A stretch of 64,000 nucleotides of DNA from an uncultured Candidatus Sumerlaeota bacterium (GCA_964389675.1 CAYMEV010000020.1:1-64000), one strand, 5' to 3'; shown: positions 38,718 through 49,425, counted from the stretch's first letter. Notes: generated from the letters alone by a model not told the origin. A program made the numbers and translations.

Positions 38718-40550
38718 TCAGCTGATGAGGGACTTCATATAGGTTTTTATTGTAACTGCCAGTTCCGGTGATATACCCTTTATGCTGCTTAGTTCTTTTA
38801 TAGTTGCCCTGGATATCTCATCAACAGATTTAAAGTGACTCAGCAGATGCTTTCTTTTTTCCGGGCCTATCCCGTGTATTTCTTCCAATAATGATCTTAT
38901 CATGTCATTCTTTCGCTTTGCCCTGTGAGAGGAAACGGCGAATCTGTGTGCCTCATCCCGCACTCTGGATAGAAATAGGAGATGGCTGTCTTTCGGCCTT
39001 ATGTCGATTATTTGACTATCTGCCATATGAATCTTTTCATACAGCTGGTTTTTATCATTTATTTTTGAGATTGATATCACGGGTATTTCCATGTTTAATG
39101 CGGACAGGCTTTCTAAAGCTTTTGACAACTGCACTGCCCCACCATCAATAATTATAAGGTCCGGCATTTCCTTCTCAGCAAGATTTTCATACCTTCTGTA
39201 TACAGTTTCTTTCATCCCTTCAAAGTCATTTATCCTGTTCTTCAGGTTAAACCTTCTATAAAGGCTCTTTTTCGGGTGTCCTTCCTGGAATCTTATGCAG
39301 ACTCCAACAGAATTTTTCCCGAAAAGATTGGATATATCAAAGCAGTCTATGGATGATGGTGTTTTTTTAAGGTTTAATGAGCCCTTTATTGCCTGCATTA
39401 TATTTTCTATATAGCTGTGATGATAGGTAAGGCGGTGCTCAAAATAGGCTGCTGCATTTTTTTCTGCAGTCATCATAAGGTTTAGAAGCTGTTTTTTAGG
39501 ACGGGTGACTATTTTGATCTCCTTCTTGTTTTTCCCCAGTATCTTCTGTAGTATGTCCCTATTGATATTCTTGTTGTTTAAGACAAGAATATCCGGAACA
39601 TAGCTGTTTTCTGAATATTGATTCAGAATAAAATTGTACAGAAAGGAGTCATCAATTATCTTATCCCTTATATAGAAATAAATATCCTTCTTATCTATCA
39701 GATTCCTGTTCCTGACAAAAAGGGTGGATATAACAATATATTCACCCTCAATATATGTTGAAATAACATCAATATCTTTCTCTGAGTCGATTATTACCTT
39801 TTGTTTTTGAAGTATTGATTTAAGATATCTAATATTATCTCGTGTATAAGAAGCCTCTTCGTACATTTGATTATTGGAATAATCAATCATTTTTTTATTC
39901 AGTATCTCTAAAAGCTCATTATTCTTCCCCTTTAGAAATAAAAGCATATCTCTGACATTTTCCTGATATTCTTTTTTGGAGATCTTTCTGCAGCATGGAG
40001 CTGAACAGTTTCCTATCTGATGATAAAGACAGGGCTTATTAGTATCTGATGGCTTTAATCTGCCTGAGCATGCCCTGATTTTAAATAGCCTCCTTAATAG
40101 CTTGATATTCTGTCTTAGTTTCCTGGTGCTGATAAACGGGCCGAAATAAATCCTGCTTTTTTCTTCAACCTTCCTTTTCAGGGAAATGGTGGGAAAATCA
40201 TCTGAAATATCAATTTCAAGCAAAGGGTACTGTTTATCATCCTTTAGAAGAACATTAAATACAGGCTTATTCTTTTTAATGAGGTTGTTTTCCAGTAGAA
40301 GGGCATCCTTTTCTGACTCTGTGGATATGGTTTCAATCCTGCTTGCCTGCCTTATCAGCCTGTTTGTCTTGATATCCCGGTCATAACTGTCCAGATAGCT
40401 TTTCAGCCTGTTTTTAATATTTATAGATTTTCCTATATACAGGATTATACCGTTTTTATCGTAAAAGATATAGCATCCTGATGACTGAGGCATCATATCC
40501 AGAATTTTGCTGAATTCTTCTTTGTCCATAAAGATAATTATATCTTTCAA
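38718..40550 (-). CDS. uvrC: Excinuclease ABC subunit C
   Basis: GIY-YIG (GCY..YIGKS), LKDDKQYP, CLYHQIGNCSAPC, FDISN, IIDGG..QL, RDEAHRFA, HhH; start may be ATG 40529. Confidence 0.96.
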   Translation of the reverse strand: MKDIIIFMDKEEFSKILDMMPQSSGCYIFYDKNGIILYIGKSINIKNRLKSYLDSYDRDIKTNRLIRQASRIETISTESEKDALLLENNLIKKNKPVFNVLLKDDKQYPLLEIDISDDFPTISLKRKVEEKSRIYFGPFISTRKLRQNIKLLRRLFKIRACSGRLKPSDTNKPCLYHQIGNCSAPCCRKISKKEYQENVRDMLLFLKGKNNELLEILNKKMIDYSNNQMYEEASYTRDNIRYLKSILQKQKVIIDSEKDIDVISTYIEGEYIVISTLFVRNRNLIDKKDIYFYIRDKIIDDSFLYNFILNQYSENSYVPDILVLNNKNINRDILQKILGKNKKEIKIVTRPKKQLLNLMMTAEKNAAAYFEHRLTYHHSYIENIMQAIKGSLNLKKTPSSIDCFDISNLFGKNSVGVCIRFQEGHPKKSLYRRFNLKNRINDFEGMKETVYRRYENLAEKEMPDLIIIDGGAVQLSKALESLSALNMEIPVISISKINDKNQLYEKIHMADSQIIDIRPKDSHLLFLSRVRDEAHRFAVSSHRAKRKNDMIRSLLEEIHGIGPEKRKHLLSHFKSVDEISRATIKELSSIKGISPELAVTIKTYMKSLIS

Positions 40551-40835
40551 AAGAGATGTGTTAATAAAAATATAAATTATCCTAAAATATTGTTTTATGA
40601 ATATATTATATATATAAGTAACCTTAATATAAAGACATGGTAATTATATAAAATGATCTATAAATCAGCCAGCTTATTATTACTTCCATTTTAAATGATT
40701 TACCTTGTGCATATATAAATAAATTTCCTTGCAAAAAATGCTAACAGTGATAGGATTTTTTCACAGCTGATTAGCAACAAAAATGAGGCATACAATTATT
40801 ATTATTGTATAATCAGATAAATAATATCAGGAGGT

Positions 40836-41414
40836 TTGATAATGAAAGAATACATCGAGGTCCGTTGGCATGGAAGAGGCGGGCAGGGTACTGTCACAGG
40901 TGCTAAAATGCTTGCATCCTCAGTTCTGTCAACCGGAATGTATATTCAGGCTTTTCCGGAATATGGTCCTGAAAGAAGGGGAGCCCCTTTGAAGGCCTTC
41001 AACAGATTTTCCAAAAACAAGATAACACTGCATACGCCTGTAAAAGAGCCGGATGTGGTGATAATTGTTGACAATACACTGATAGGCAGACCTGATATAG
41101 TAACAGGTATTAAGGATAATACCGTGTTTCTGGTCAATACTATTGAAGACCCTGACATTATTCAGAAAAAGCTCGGAATAAAAAACAAGACTTTTACTTT
41201 GCCTGCAAACGCTATTGCTATTGACACTATTGGAAGGGCAATCCCGAATGCCCCTATGCTTGGGCTTTTTGTCAAAGCTACAGGGATTGTTGACCTTAAA
41301 GAGGTAATTAAGGCTGCGGAAAAAACCTTCAGGGGAAGGTTTTCCGACAAGATTGTCGAGGGCAATATAAAATCTATTGAAAGAGGATATAAGGAGGCTA
41401 AGGAAAATGTTTGA
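40836..41414 (+). CDS. porC: Pyruvate/2-oxoacid:ferredoxin oxidoreductase gamma subunit
   Basis: VRWHGRGGQG, FPEYGPERRGAP, PNAPMLG; AGGAGG SD. Confidence 0.92.
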   Translation: MIMKEYIEVRWHGRGGQGTVTGAKMLASSVLSTGMYIQAFPEYGPERRGAPLKAFNRFSKNKITLHTPVKEPDVVIIVDNTLIGRPDIVTGIKDNTVFLVNTIEDPDIIQKKLGIKNKTFTLPANAIAIDTIGRAIPNAPMLGLFVKATGIVDLKEVIKAAEKTFRGRFSDKIVEGNIKSIERGYKEAKENV

Positions 41415-41727
41415 CAGCTTAAAAGGATATAAGGAAATACCAATTGGAGGCACTATTCCCAAGGGCGGGACAGCACTGATGAACAAGACCGGCGATTGGC
41501 GTTCAAAAAGGCCGATTTATAACAGCGATAATTGTATTCAATGCCTGTTCTGCTATGTTTTTTGCCCTGATATGGCAATAATCATCAAAGATGGAAAGAT
41601 GGCGGGTATAGATTATGATTACTGCAAAGGCTGCGGAATATGTGCAAATGAATGTCCCGGGAAAAAAGGCAATAAGGCTCTTACAATGGACGAAGAAGAA
41701 AAATACAGAAAAGGAGAGGTAGAATGA
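41407..41727 (+). CDS. porD: Pyruvate/2-oxoacid:ferredoxin oxidoreductase delta subunit (2x[4Fe-4S])
   Basis: TGDWRS.RP, CIQCLFCYVFCPD, DYDYCKGCGICANECP; start set to ATG 41407. Confidence 0.92.
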   Translation: MFDSLKGYKEIPIGGTIPKGGTALMNKTGDWRSKRPIYNSDNCIQCLFCYVFCPDMAIIIKDGKMAGIDYDYCKGCGICANECPGKKGNKALTMDEEEKYRKGEVE

Positions 41728-42905
41728 CAGTAATAGTTGCAACAACTGGAAATGGAGCTGCTGCATATGCCATGAAACAGATAGATCCTGATGTATGTGC
41801 CGCATATCCTATTACACCTTCCACTCAGGTCATGGAAGATTTCTCAGAATTCGTGCATGATGGCGTAGTTAAAACAAATCTTGTGACCGTTGAGAGTGAA
41901 CACTCTGCCATGAGTGCATGTATCGGAGCTTCAGCAGCCGGCGGAAGGGTTATGAATGCAACGAGTGCAAACGGCCTGGCACTGATGTGGGAAATGCTTT
42001 ATATTGCTTCCGGGATGAGGCTTCCTATTATATTGACCGTAGTCAACAGAGCTCTATCGGCTCCAATTAATATCCATTGTGATCATTCCGATGCAATGGG
42101 TTCAAGGGATACGGGATGGATTCAGCTCTACAGCGAAAATGCACAGGAGGCTTATGACAATCTGATCCAGGCAGTCAGAATTGCTGAGCACCCGGATGTA
42201 TTACTGCCCGTCATGGTGAATTTTGATGGATTTATAACAAGCCATAGCATTGAAAGGGTTGATTATCTCGAGGATAAAGAGGTAAGGAGGTTTATCGGCG
42301 AATATAAACCAAAGCTTCCTCTCCTTGATGTTGATAATCCAATTAGCATGGGCCTGCTGGCCCTTCAGGATTATTACATTGAATTTAAAAAGCAGCAGCA
42401 GGTTGCCATGAAAAATGCAAAGGGTGTGGTAATCAAGGTTGCTGAGGACTATAAGAAGCAGTTCAAAAGAGAATATGGCCTTTATGAGAAATATAATCTT
42501 GATCAGTCAGATATCGCCATAGTAGCATTAAACAGCTCAGCAGGAACAATAAAATACATGATTGACAGCTACAAGAACAAGGGAATCAATATAGGCCTTC
42601 TGAAACTGAGGCTCTTCCGTCCATTTCCAGTGGAAGAGATAATAGAAGAGCTAAAAGGCAAAAAGATAGTATGTGTGCTTGACAGAAGCGACTCTTTTGG
42701 GGCGCAGTCAGGACCGGTCCTTGCTGAGATCAGGAGTGCTCTTTATAATACAAAGGAGCGTCCTGTCATTTATGGCAAGATTTATGGCCTAGGTGGCAGA
42801 GATCTGGAAGAGGTTCATATAGATCAGATCTATAATGAAATGAATGATTTTCTGCAGTCAGGCAAAATGCCGCCAGTCTGTGAATATATTACTCATAGGG
42901 AATAA
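41724..42905 (+). CDS. porA: Pyruvate/2-oxoacid:ferredoxin oxidoreductase alpha subunit
   Basis: AAYPITPST, VESEHSAMS, NRALSAPINIH.DHSD, FRPFP, GLGGRD. Confidence 0.94.
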   Translation: MTVIVATTGNGAAAYAMKQIDPDVCAAYPITPSTQVMEDFSEFVHDGVVKTNLVTVESEHSAMSACIGASAAGGRVMNATSANGLALMWEMLYIASGMRLPIILTVVNRALSAPINIHCDHSDAMGSRDTGWIQLYSENAQEAYDNLIQAVRIAEHPDVLLPVMVNFDGFITSHSIERVDYLEDKEVRRFIGEYKPKLPLLDVDNPISMGLLALQDYYIEFKKQQQVAMKNAKGVVIKVAEDYKKQFKREYGLYEKYNLDQSDIAIVALNSSAGTIKYMIDSYKNKGINIGLLKLRLFRPFPVEEIIEELKGKKIVCVLDRSDSFGAQSGPVLAEIRSALYNTKERPVIYGKIYGLGGRDLEEVHIDQIYNEMNDFLQSGKMPPVCEYITHRE

Positions 42906-42922
42906 GGAGGATAATTAAAGAA

Positions 42923-43852
42923 ATGGTTAGAGCAAAAGATTTACCAAACAGGAATAATTTGTTTACATCCGGTCATAGATTATGTGCTGGCTGTCCTATC
43001 CCGATAATTGCTAAAATGCTTTTTATGGCTTCTGACTGGCCGCTTGTGATTGCCAATGCCACCGGATGCCTGGAAGTTGCATCAACTATATACCCGTTTA
43101 CTTCATGGAATACACCCTGGATACACAGTGCTTTTGAAAATGCAGCCGCCACTATTTCCGGAGTAGAGGCTATGTACCAGAGCCTCAAAAAGCAGGGAAA
43201 AATAAGCAAGGATATTAAATTTGTCGCTTTCGGCGGAGACGGAGGCTCTTATGATATAGGGGTCCAGTCCTTATCAGGGGCTATCGAAAGGGGGCATGAT
43301 TTCCTCTATATATGCTATGATAACGGTGCTTATATGAATACGGGTATACAGAGAAGCGGCGCCACTCCATTCGGTGCAGCAACTACAACATCTCCAGCAG
43401 GCAAGGTTATACCTGGAAAACCTCAGAAGCGAAAAGACCTTACATTTATTGTTGCCGGTCACCATATCCAGTACGCAGCGCAGGCTACTGTAAATAAATG
43501 GCAGGACCTGCATGATAAGCTTAGAAAAGCATTGGAACTGAAAGGGCCTGCCTTTATAAATGTATTGTCGCCATGTATCCCGGGATGGGGCTATCCTGAA
43601 GATAAGTCAGTGGAGATATCAAAATATGCTGTTGAAACCGCCCTGTGGCCACTTTATGAAATTGAGAAAGGCGTACTGAAAATCAACTACAGGCCAAAGG
43701 AGAAACTTCCTGTGACTGAGTTCACGAAGCTTCAGGCAAGATTCAGGCACCTTCACAAGGAATCAAATAAGGCTGTTTTAGAAAGCCTTCAAGAACAGGT
43801 TGATGAATACTGGGATTTTCTGAATTCCGTTGATGGCAAACGGATAGTATAA
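42923..43852 (+). CDS. porB: Pyruvate/2-oxoacid:ferredoxin oxidoreductase beta subunit
   Basis: GHRLCAGC, ATGCLE, GGDGG (TPP), DNGAYMNTGIQRS, PCIPGW. Confidence 0.94.
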   Translation: MVRAKDLPNRNNLFTSGHRLCAGCPIPIIAKMLFMASDWPLVIANATGCLEVASTIYPFTSWNTPWIHSAFENAAATISGVEAMYQSLKKQGKISKDIKFVAFGGDGGSYDIGVQSLSGAIERGHDFLYICYDNGAYMNTGIQRSGATPFGAATTTSPAGKVIPGKPQKRKDLTFIVAGHHIQYAAQATVNKWQDLHDKLRKALELKGPAFINVLSPCIPGWGYPEDKSVEISKYAVETALWPLYEIEKGVLKINYRPKEKLPVTEFTKLQARFRHLHKESNKAVLESLQEQVDEYWDFLNSVDGKRIV

Positions 43853-43864
43853 TGCAGTTAAACA

Positions 43865-43894
43865 GGCAGGGGCCTGGACAAAAAAGCCCCTGCC
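43865..43894 (+). terminator. Hairpin after the por operon (terminator or mRNA stabiliser)
   Basis: GGCAGGGGC (43865-43873) / GCCCCTGCC (43886-43894); only a weak U-rich tail. Confidence 0.55.
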
Positions 43895-43924
43895 ATTATA
43901 TTAATTTTTTCGTTATTTTTATAT

Positions 43925-46174
43925 ATGGCTGATGATGACCCTAAACAAACACCTGTATTAATAGTATCTGATTCAAAAGCACTTCCCGGGATAATCTTAT
44001 CAAAACTGCGGGATTTTGCAGATGTATCAGTTTTATCATTTGATGCATTCCTGCAAAGCTTTGATGAGAGTTGTAGGTACACTGATAATGCAATTTTAAT
44101 TGATATTGCAGGCATTGACAGTGATATTGAAATATCCAGGTACAGATACGTTTTAAAAAATTCCATATTAATAGCTATCATTTCAGATGTAAAGGAAGAG
44201 GATCCCCCTGATATTTTCAAAACAGTCTTTGATGAAATTATATATGGCGATGAGATAGGCCTGCACTTAAAAATTAGAATTGAAAAGGCAATTATAAACC
44301 ATAAGCTGGTAAAGAATTCATATATTAAAAAGATATCAATACTGGAGAAATTCAACAGTATAATAAGCGACCTCAACAAGGAACTTCATATTGAAAAGCT
44401 GCTTTCAAAGTCAATAGACTCACTTAAAGGTATTTTAGGGGTTGAAAAAGCATCAATACTTCTCTTTGAGGATGAAGAGCTTATCGTAAAGGCATGTATA
44501 GGGCTTCCAGGCACTGTCAAAAGCGGATTCAAATCACTCAGGAAGGACAGCATCTCCTATTTTGTTGCAAAGAACAGGGAAAGCATAATAGTCAATGATA
44601 TAGAGAAGGAAGACAGATTTAAATACCTCAAAAGCGGTACGGACTATAAAAAGAGCAGCTTTATAAGTACCCCCATAATGTTCTATGACACAGTTATAGG
44701 AGTAATAAACCTCAATGATAAGATAGGCAGGGATTTTACTGAAGACGACCTTGAGCTTTTGAAGGTTTTTGCGTCGCATTTGGCAATTAATATTGTAAAT
44801 GCCCACCTCTTTCTTGATTTAAAGGATAAAGCTGCAACCCTTCTGCAGGTTAACAGGGAAAAGGACAAACTGAACAGGAAAATAAGCATGTTCAACGAAA
44901 TACTGAAAAGCAGGATTGAAGAGGAGAAAGAAAAACTTAAAAGCGCTTACCAGGAGCTTTTAAATAGAGATGATATCCTGCAGAAAAAGATACTTGAGCT
45001 CATGTCCCTGAAAAAGGCCGGGAAAACTGCAATATCTGAATTGTTCAATCTGGAACTTGTTCTGGATGTAATACTGAATATTGCACTCAGGGAAGTTGAT
45101 GCACTCAGGGGAAGCATAGTAATTAAGGATAAAACAGGTGAACTCATTGTCAAGGCTGCTGCCGGAGAAGCAAAAGATATTGTAAACACAAGGGTCAGCA
45201 ATGAGGACTCTGTTACTCATTATATACTGAAAAAAGGCGAATCTCTTCTTGTAACGGATATTGAAAAGGATCCCGTTTTTAAGAAAGCTGACATCACAGG
45301 AAAATATAATACCAAAAGCCTTCTGTCCCTCCCCTTGAAAGCTGGAGATCAGATATACGGAATAATGAATGTAAACAATAAGCACAATAAAAGACCATTT
45401 AACAGTGATGATCTTGATATTCTATCCGGCCTGGCAAATCAGGCTTCTATGGCTATTCATAATTTCTATCTTTCTGAAAAATTAAGGGAAAGGGAATTAT
45501 CCCTGCAGCAGGCTGAAAAAATGGCTGAGATTGGAAGCCTGGTTGTTGCTGTTGCACATGAGCTGAGAAATCCTTTAGGGATTCTAAGGACAAATATTGA
45601 ATTTTTAAGGGAAATAACCGGAGACAACAAGGATATATTTGACAATATGGTTTCACAGATAAACAGGGCAAGGAGATTCATAAAAGACCTTATGCAGTTC
45701 GGAAAGCCTACAAACCTTAATTTTGTAAGCAGCAATATAATTGATGTCATGGAATTATCCATTAATCACGCTATATCTGATTATAAGGGAATTGAGGATT
45801 TAAATATTGAAAGGGAATACTCTGATGGAATAATAAACCTGAACATCGATCCAATGAAAATTCAGCAGGTATTTATAAACCTGCTTATCAACTCTCTGGA
45901 CGAGCTTAAATTTGTCAGTGACCCCAAAATTATAATCAGAATTTATCCAGAAGAATCTTATGTAAATATCGAAGTAGAGGATAATGGCAGCGGTGTATCC
46001 AATGATATAATGAATTACATATTCAATCCATTCTTCAGCTCAAAGAAAGGAGGAGGCGGAACAGGGCTGGGATTATCCATAGCAAAACGAATTATAGAAA
46101 TGCACGGAGGCCAGATTAATCTTGACAGCAACAGAATGCAGGGTGCAAAATTCCATGTTCTTCTGCCTGTATAG
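43925..46174 (+). CDS. Cytoplasmic sensor histidine kinase with two GAF domains
   Basis: Two GAF-like segments (GVINLNDK..RDFTEDD; GIMNVNNK...PFNSDD), H-box AHELRNPL, N-box QQVFINLLINS, DNGSG, GTGLGL. Confidence 0.92.
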   Translation: MADDDPKQTPVLIVSDSKALPGIILSKLRDFADVSVLSFDAFLQSFDESCRYTDNAILIDIAGIDSDIEISRYRYVLKNSILIAIISDVKEEDPPDIFKTVFDEIIYGDEIGLHLKIRIEKAIINHKLVKNSYIKKISILEKFNSIISDLNKELHIEKLLSKSIDSLKGILGVEKASILLFEDEELIVKACIGLPGTVKSGFKSLRKDSISYFVAKNRESIIVNDIEKEDRFKYLKSGTDYKKSSFISTPIMFYDTVIGVINLNDKIGRDFTEDDLELLKVFASHLAINIVNAHLFLDLKDKAATLLQVNREKDKLNRKISMFNEILKSRIEEEKEKLKSAYQELLNRDDILQKKILELMSLKKAGKTAISELFNLELVLDVILNIALREVDALRGSIVIKDKTGELIVKAAAGEAKDIVNTRVSNEDSVTHYILKKGESLLVTDIEKDPVFKKADITGKYNTKSLLSLPLKAGDQIYGIMNVNNKHNKRPFNSDDLDILSGLANQASMAIHNFYLSEKLRERELSLQQAEKMAEIGSLVVAVAHELRNPLGILRTNIEFLREITGDNKDIFDNMVSQINRARRFIKDLMQFGKPTNLNFVSSNIIDVMELSINHAISDYKGIEDLNIEREYSDGIINLNIDPMKIQQVFINLLINSLDELKFVSDPKIIIRIYPEESYVNIEVEDNGSGVSNDIMNYIFNPFFSSKKGGGGTGLGLSIAKRIIEMHGGQINLDSNRMQGAKFHVLLPV

Positions 46175-46219
46175 TCTCATGTTTTCGAAATATAATCAAA
46201 AATTTGAAAGGAGTTCGAA

Positions 46220-46702
46220 ATGAAGATTGCAATTAAATCCTCTCTCTTACTTGTCGTTTTATTAATGGTGTCTTTGGATATTTCTGCCGAAAAGATACAG
46301 ATAAATGATTTTTCTGGCCTTTACAAAGCGCTTACAAACGGTGAAAGTGTAAGGGTGGTCATTCATTATGGGAAGACAAGGCTTATATCTGATAATGAAG
46401 AGATTAACTCACCCGATGCAATTGGCGGGATGAATCTTGAAACGTTTGAGTATTTTCCAAAAATGAGCATTAATAACCCGAAAGCAATGATTGTATCATC
46501 TGAGTCGGTCCTGATCGCTCATTTCAGAAGTGGCTATGTTTATAATTATGTCAGGATCAGATTTTATGAGGATAATGGGGTCCAGATTACGGCAAGATAC
46601 CTTACAGTAGATGGATATGAAGAGGTTATGGATGAGAAATTCTATGGAAAGATAAATGACTCAAAGAACGGTGAAGGCGTTTACCTATACCTGCACAAGT
46701 AA
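46220..46702 (+). CDS. Secreted protein, possibly VirK-like
   Basis: Signal peptide; LYKALTNGESVRVVIHY pattern recalls VirK-family N-termini; AAGGAG SD. Confidence 0.45.
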   Translation: MKIAIKSSLLLVVLLMVSLDISAEKIQINDFSGLYKALTNGESVRVVIHYGKTRLISDNEEINSPDAIGGMNLETFEYFPKMSINNPKAMIVSSESVLIAHFRSGYVYNYVRIRFYEDNGVQITARYLTVDGYEEVMDEKFYGKINDSKNGEGVYLYLHK

Positions 46703-47272
46703 TTTTTGAAGAATTATCAGGTACATGCCTGAAACAGGAGGAAGAATCAGATTATCATCAAGAGGGGGCTTTATGAACAATTCCGTAAGAGCGCATAATA
46801 AAGCGCCGGCCAGAGCTGTCTTAAGATCATAGAATAATAGAATAATTAATCCTGCTGATATAAAGAAAGATAAAGACCCCTCCAGAGTTTTTTTGCCTAT
46901 TTTGATAATGCCGTATTTTGACCCGACAAGACATGCAATCGGGTCAGCAATGCTAAGAACAAACATTGCAGCTATTGCAGTTGTTTTATCGTAATAAAGA
47001 ACAGTGATAAAACAACCAAGTATTAGTGTAATTGAAGAGTTTATCCTGTCTTTTTCGTCCTTTTTAAAAAGCCTGGCAAGGTGCTTATAAACAAAATCTG
47101 CAAAACTTTTGTTTAGAAGCCTGTAGTATTCAAAGACAAGCCCAAGAAGAAGAAAAGGGAACAGGATCATAATGGCCTCTGGTTTTGTGAGCCCGGAATA
47201 CAGGTATACCAGAGGTATTATTGAGCCTGCAGTTATATGAAAAAGCTTTCTTGAGTTCAGGTCATTATGCAT
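46685..47272 (-). CDS. Dolichol/phytol/diacylglycerol kinase-like membrane protein (CTP-dependent kinase family)
   Basis: RKLFH, ADP.A.LVG..YG, KKTLEGS and DDNL motifs. Confidence 0.85.
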   Translation of the reverse strand: MHNDLNSRKLFHITAGSIIPLVYLYSGLTKPEAIMILFPFLLLGLVFEYYRLLNKSFADFVYKHLARLFKKDEKDRINSSITLILGCFITVLYYDKTTAIAAMFVLSIADPIACLVGSKYGIIKIGKKTLEGSLSFFISAGLIILLFYDLKTALAGALLCALTELFIKPPLDDNLILPPVSGMYLIILQKLLVQV

Positions 47273-47292
47273 AATAAACAGGAGCCCCGGCC

Positions 47293-49425
47293 TTACTGAA
47301 TTCCAAAAAACATATCAGAGTATTTTGAAAGAGGCCATAATTCGTAATCCAGCCTTTCTTCAAGTTTCGAAATTATATCCCTGGCGTCAGCGATTACTCT
47401 GCTGACCTTATCAGCGTAGAAATACGGCTTATCATGATATTCAAGGTCCTTGATCTTCTCATTGATATTATCAAGTGTTTTAAGTATTTTAAGCAATTCC
47501 GTCAATTTATATGATATCCTGGAAAGATAATCCTTCTGGACTCTCATTGTATCTTCCTCGATTTGATCGCATTTGTCTGCGGCCTTTATCGATTTTGCCA
47601 GAATGTGCTGGTATTTGAAGACAGCTGGTATTATATTGGTCCTTATCATGTCTCTTGCTATCCTGATTTCTGTTTCTATTGTATCTATATAGATATTCTG
47701 CTTTACATTGTATCTTGCCCTGATCTCGGTCTCTTTCAATACATTGTATCTTGAAAAAAGATCAATATTTTTATCTGAAATCATCTTATCGAGGGCATAG
47801 GGTGTTGAGGCGGCGACAAACAAACCTCTTTCTTCTGCAGCATCCTGCCATTCTTTTTCATAGGTATTGCCATTATAAATTACAGATTTATGCCTGCTGT
47901 AATTATCCTTTATGATCTCTGCTGCTGATTTATAGATATCATCACTGCTCTGCAGCGAGTCTTTAAGCTTTTTATATATATAATCTACTGAATCTGCCAT
48001 AATCATGTTTATAACAGTATTGGGAAAGGCAATTGACTGAGAGGCCCCAGCCATTCGGAATTCAAACTTATTCCCTGTGAATGCAACAGGTGATGTCCTG
48101 TTCCTGTCCGTATTATCCTTCTTTATATATGTCAGGAACCTCAGGCCGTCAATAATGGTATTTTCTTTAGCCCCCAGCTTTGTTGCATTGTCTGACATGC
48201 TGTCAATATTTTCAAACACATCTGTCAGTTCATTTCCCAGATAAAGGGAAATGACACTGGGAGGCGCTTCATGGGCACCCAGCCTTCTGTCGTTTCCCGC
48301 ACACGCAAATACTGATCTGAGAAGGTCATTATAAAGATGGATGCCCCTGATAAAACCGGAGATAAAGAGTAATGAGACGACGGCATTTTTTCCGTGAGAA
48401 GGTATATCAAAGATATTTACATCCGAATCGGTCACCAGAGACCAGTTTATATGCTTTCCGCTTCCATTTACCCCGAAAAAGGGTTTTTCATGAAAGAGGG
48501 CGATAAGATCATATTTTGGTGCATGCCTTCTTAAGACCTCCATTATAAGCTGATTATGGTCAGATGAAATATTGCAGTGCTCTGGAAGCACAGCAAGCTC
48601 AAACTGGTTTGGAGCGACTTCATTATGCCGTGTTTTTATCGGAACTCCCAGCTTAATAAGGGTTTCTTCGGTATCCTGCATGAAGGACAATATATTTTCT
48701 TTGATAGAACCAAAATAATGGTCCTGAAATTTCTGTCCTCTGGGGCATTTGGCGCCGAACAGCGAATAGCCAAGTACATTCAGGTCCAGCCTGTCTTTAA
48801 TATATTCCTTGGGTATGAGAAAATATTCCTGCTCAGGGCCAATGAGTGGAGAGACAAAACCTGCATCTATATCAAAAAGCTTGAGAAGATTTGTGCTAAG
48901 CTCGGAAAGAACCTTGATTGAACGCAGAAGCGGTGTTTTCTTATCCAGTACATCTCCTGTATAGCTTATGAATATGCTCGGGATAAAGAGAGTCTTTGAC
49001 CTGCCGGATTCCATAATAAATGATGGCGATGATGGGTCCCATACGCTGTAACCTCTTGCTTCAAATGTGGACCTTATACCCCCGTGCGGGAATGAGGATG
49101 CATCAGGTTCCCCCTGGATCAGTTCTGCAGCAGAAAATTCCTCTATTATTTTTTTCTTTGAAAAGCTTTTTACCTGCAGAAATGTGTTGTGCTTTTCTGC
49201 TGTCAGCCCTGTCAGGGGCTGGAACCAGTGTGTATAATGTGTACAGCCCCTGGAAATTGCCCATCTTTTCATTTCAAGTGCAATTAATTCAGCAGTTTCA
49301 GCATTGATCGGGAGATTGTTTATAAAAAAGTTCTGCAGCTTTTCTCCGATCGCTGAAGGCAGATTGCTTATATCAAATGTCTGTGACCCGAAATCACTGA
49401 GATAGTTGGATCGTATGTTTACCAT
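47293..49425 (-). CDS. Glutamine synthetase type III
   Basis: THYTHWFQPLTG.TAEKH, EPDASSFP.GG.RSTFEARGY, HNEVAPNQFE, NGSGKH, DRNRTSP.AFTGNKFEFR. Confidence 0.96.
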   Translation of the reverse strand: MVNIRSNYLSDFGSQTFDISNLPSAIGEKLQNFFINNLPINAETAELIALEMKRWAISRGCTHYTHWFQPLTGLTAEKHNTFLQVKSFSKKKIIEEFSAAELIQGEPDASSFPHGGIRSTFEARGYSVWDPSSPSFIMESGRSKTLFIPSIFISYTGDVLDKKTPLLRSIKVLSELSTNLLKLFDIDAGFVSPLIGPEQEYFLIPKEYIKDRLDLNVLGYSLFGAKCPRGQKFQDHYFGSIKENILSFMQDTEETLIKLGVPIKTRHNEVAPNQFELAVLPEHCNISSDHNQLIMEVLRRHAPKYDLIALFHEKPFFGVNGSGKHINWSLVTDSDVNIFDIPSHGKNAVVSLLFISGFIRGIHLYNDLLRSVFACAGNDRRLGAHEAPPSVISLYLGNELTDVFENIDSMSDNATKLGAKENTIIDGLRFLTYIKKDNTDRNRTSPVAFTGNKFEFRMAGASQSIAFPNTVINMIMADSVDYIYKKLKDSLQSSDDIYKSAAEIIKDNYSRHKSVIYNGNTYEKEWQDAAEERGLFVAASTPYALDKMISDKNIDLFSRYNVLKETEIRARYNVKQNIYIDTIETEIRIARDMIRTNIIPAVFKYQHILAKSIKAADKCDQIEEDTMRVQKDYLSRISYKLTELLKILKTLDNINEKIKDLEYHDKPYFYADKVSRVIADARDIISKLEERLDYELWPLSKYSDMFFGIQ

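Noticed and set aside
40747..40764. Rex operator upstream of por (GTGA...TCAC)
   Set aside because: Half-site spacing is 10 nt, not the 6 nt of the TTGTGAA-N4-TTCACAA consensus
41377..41406. N-terminal extension of porD given in the ORF track
   Set aside because: It lies inside porC; ATG 41407 has an SD-like AAGGA and gives the usual short overlap
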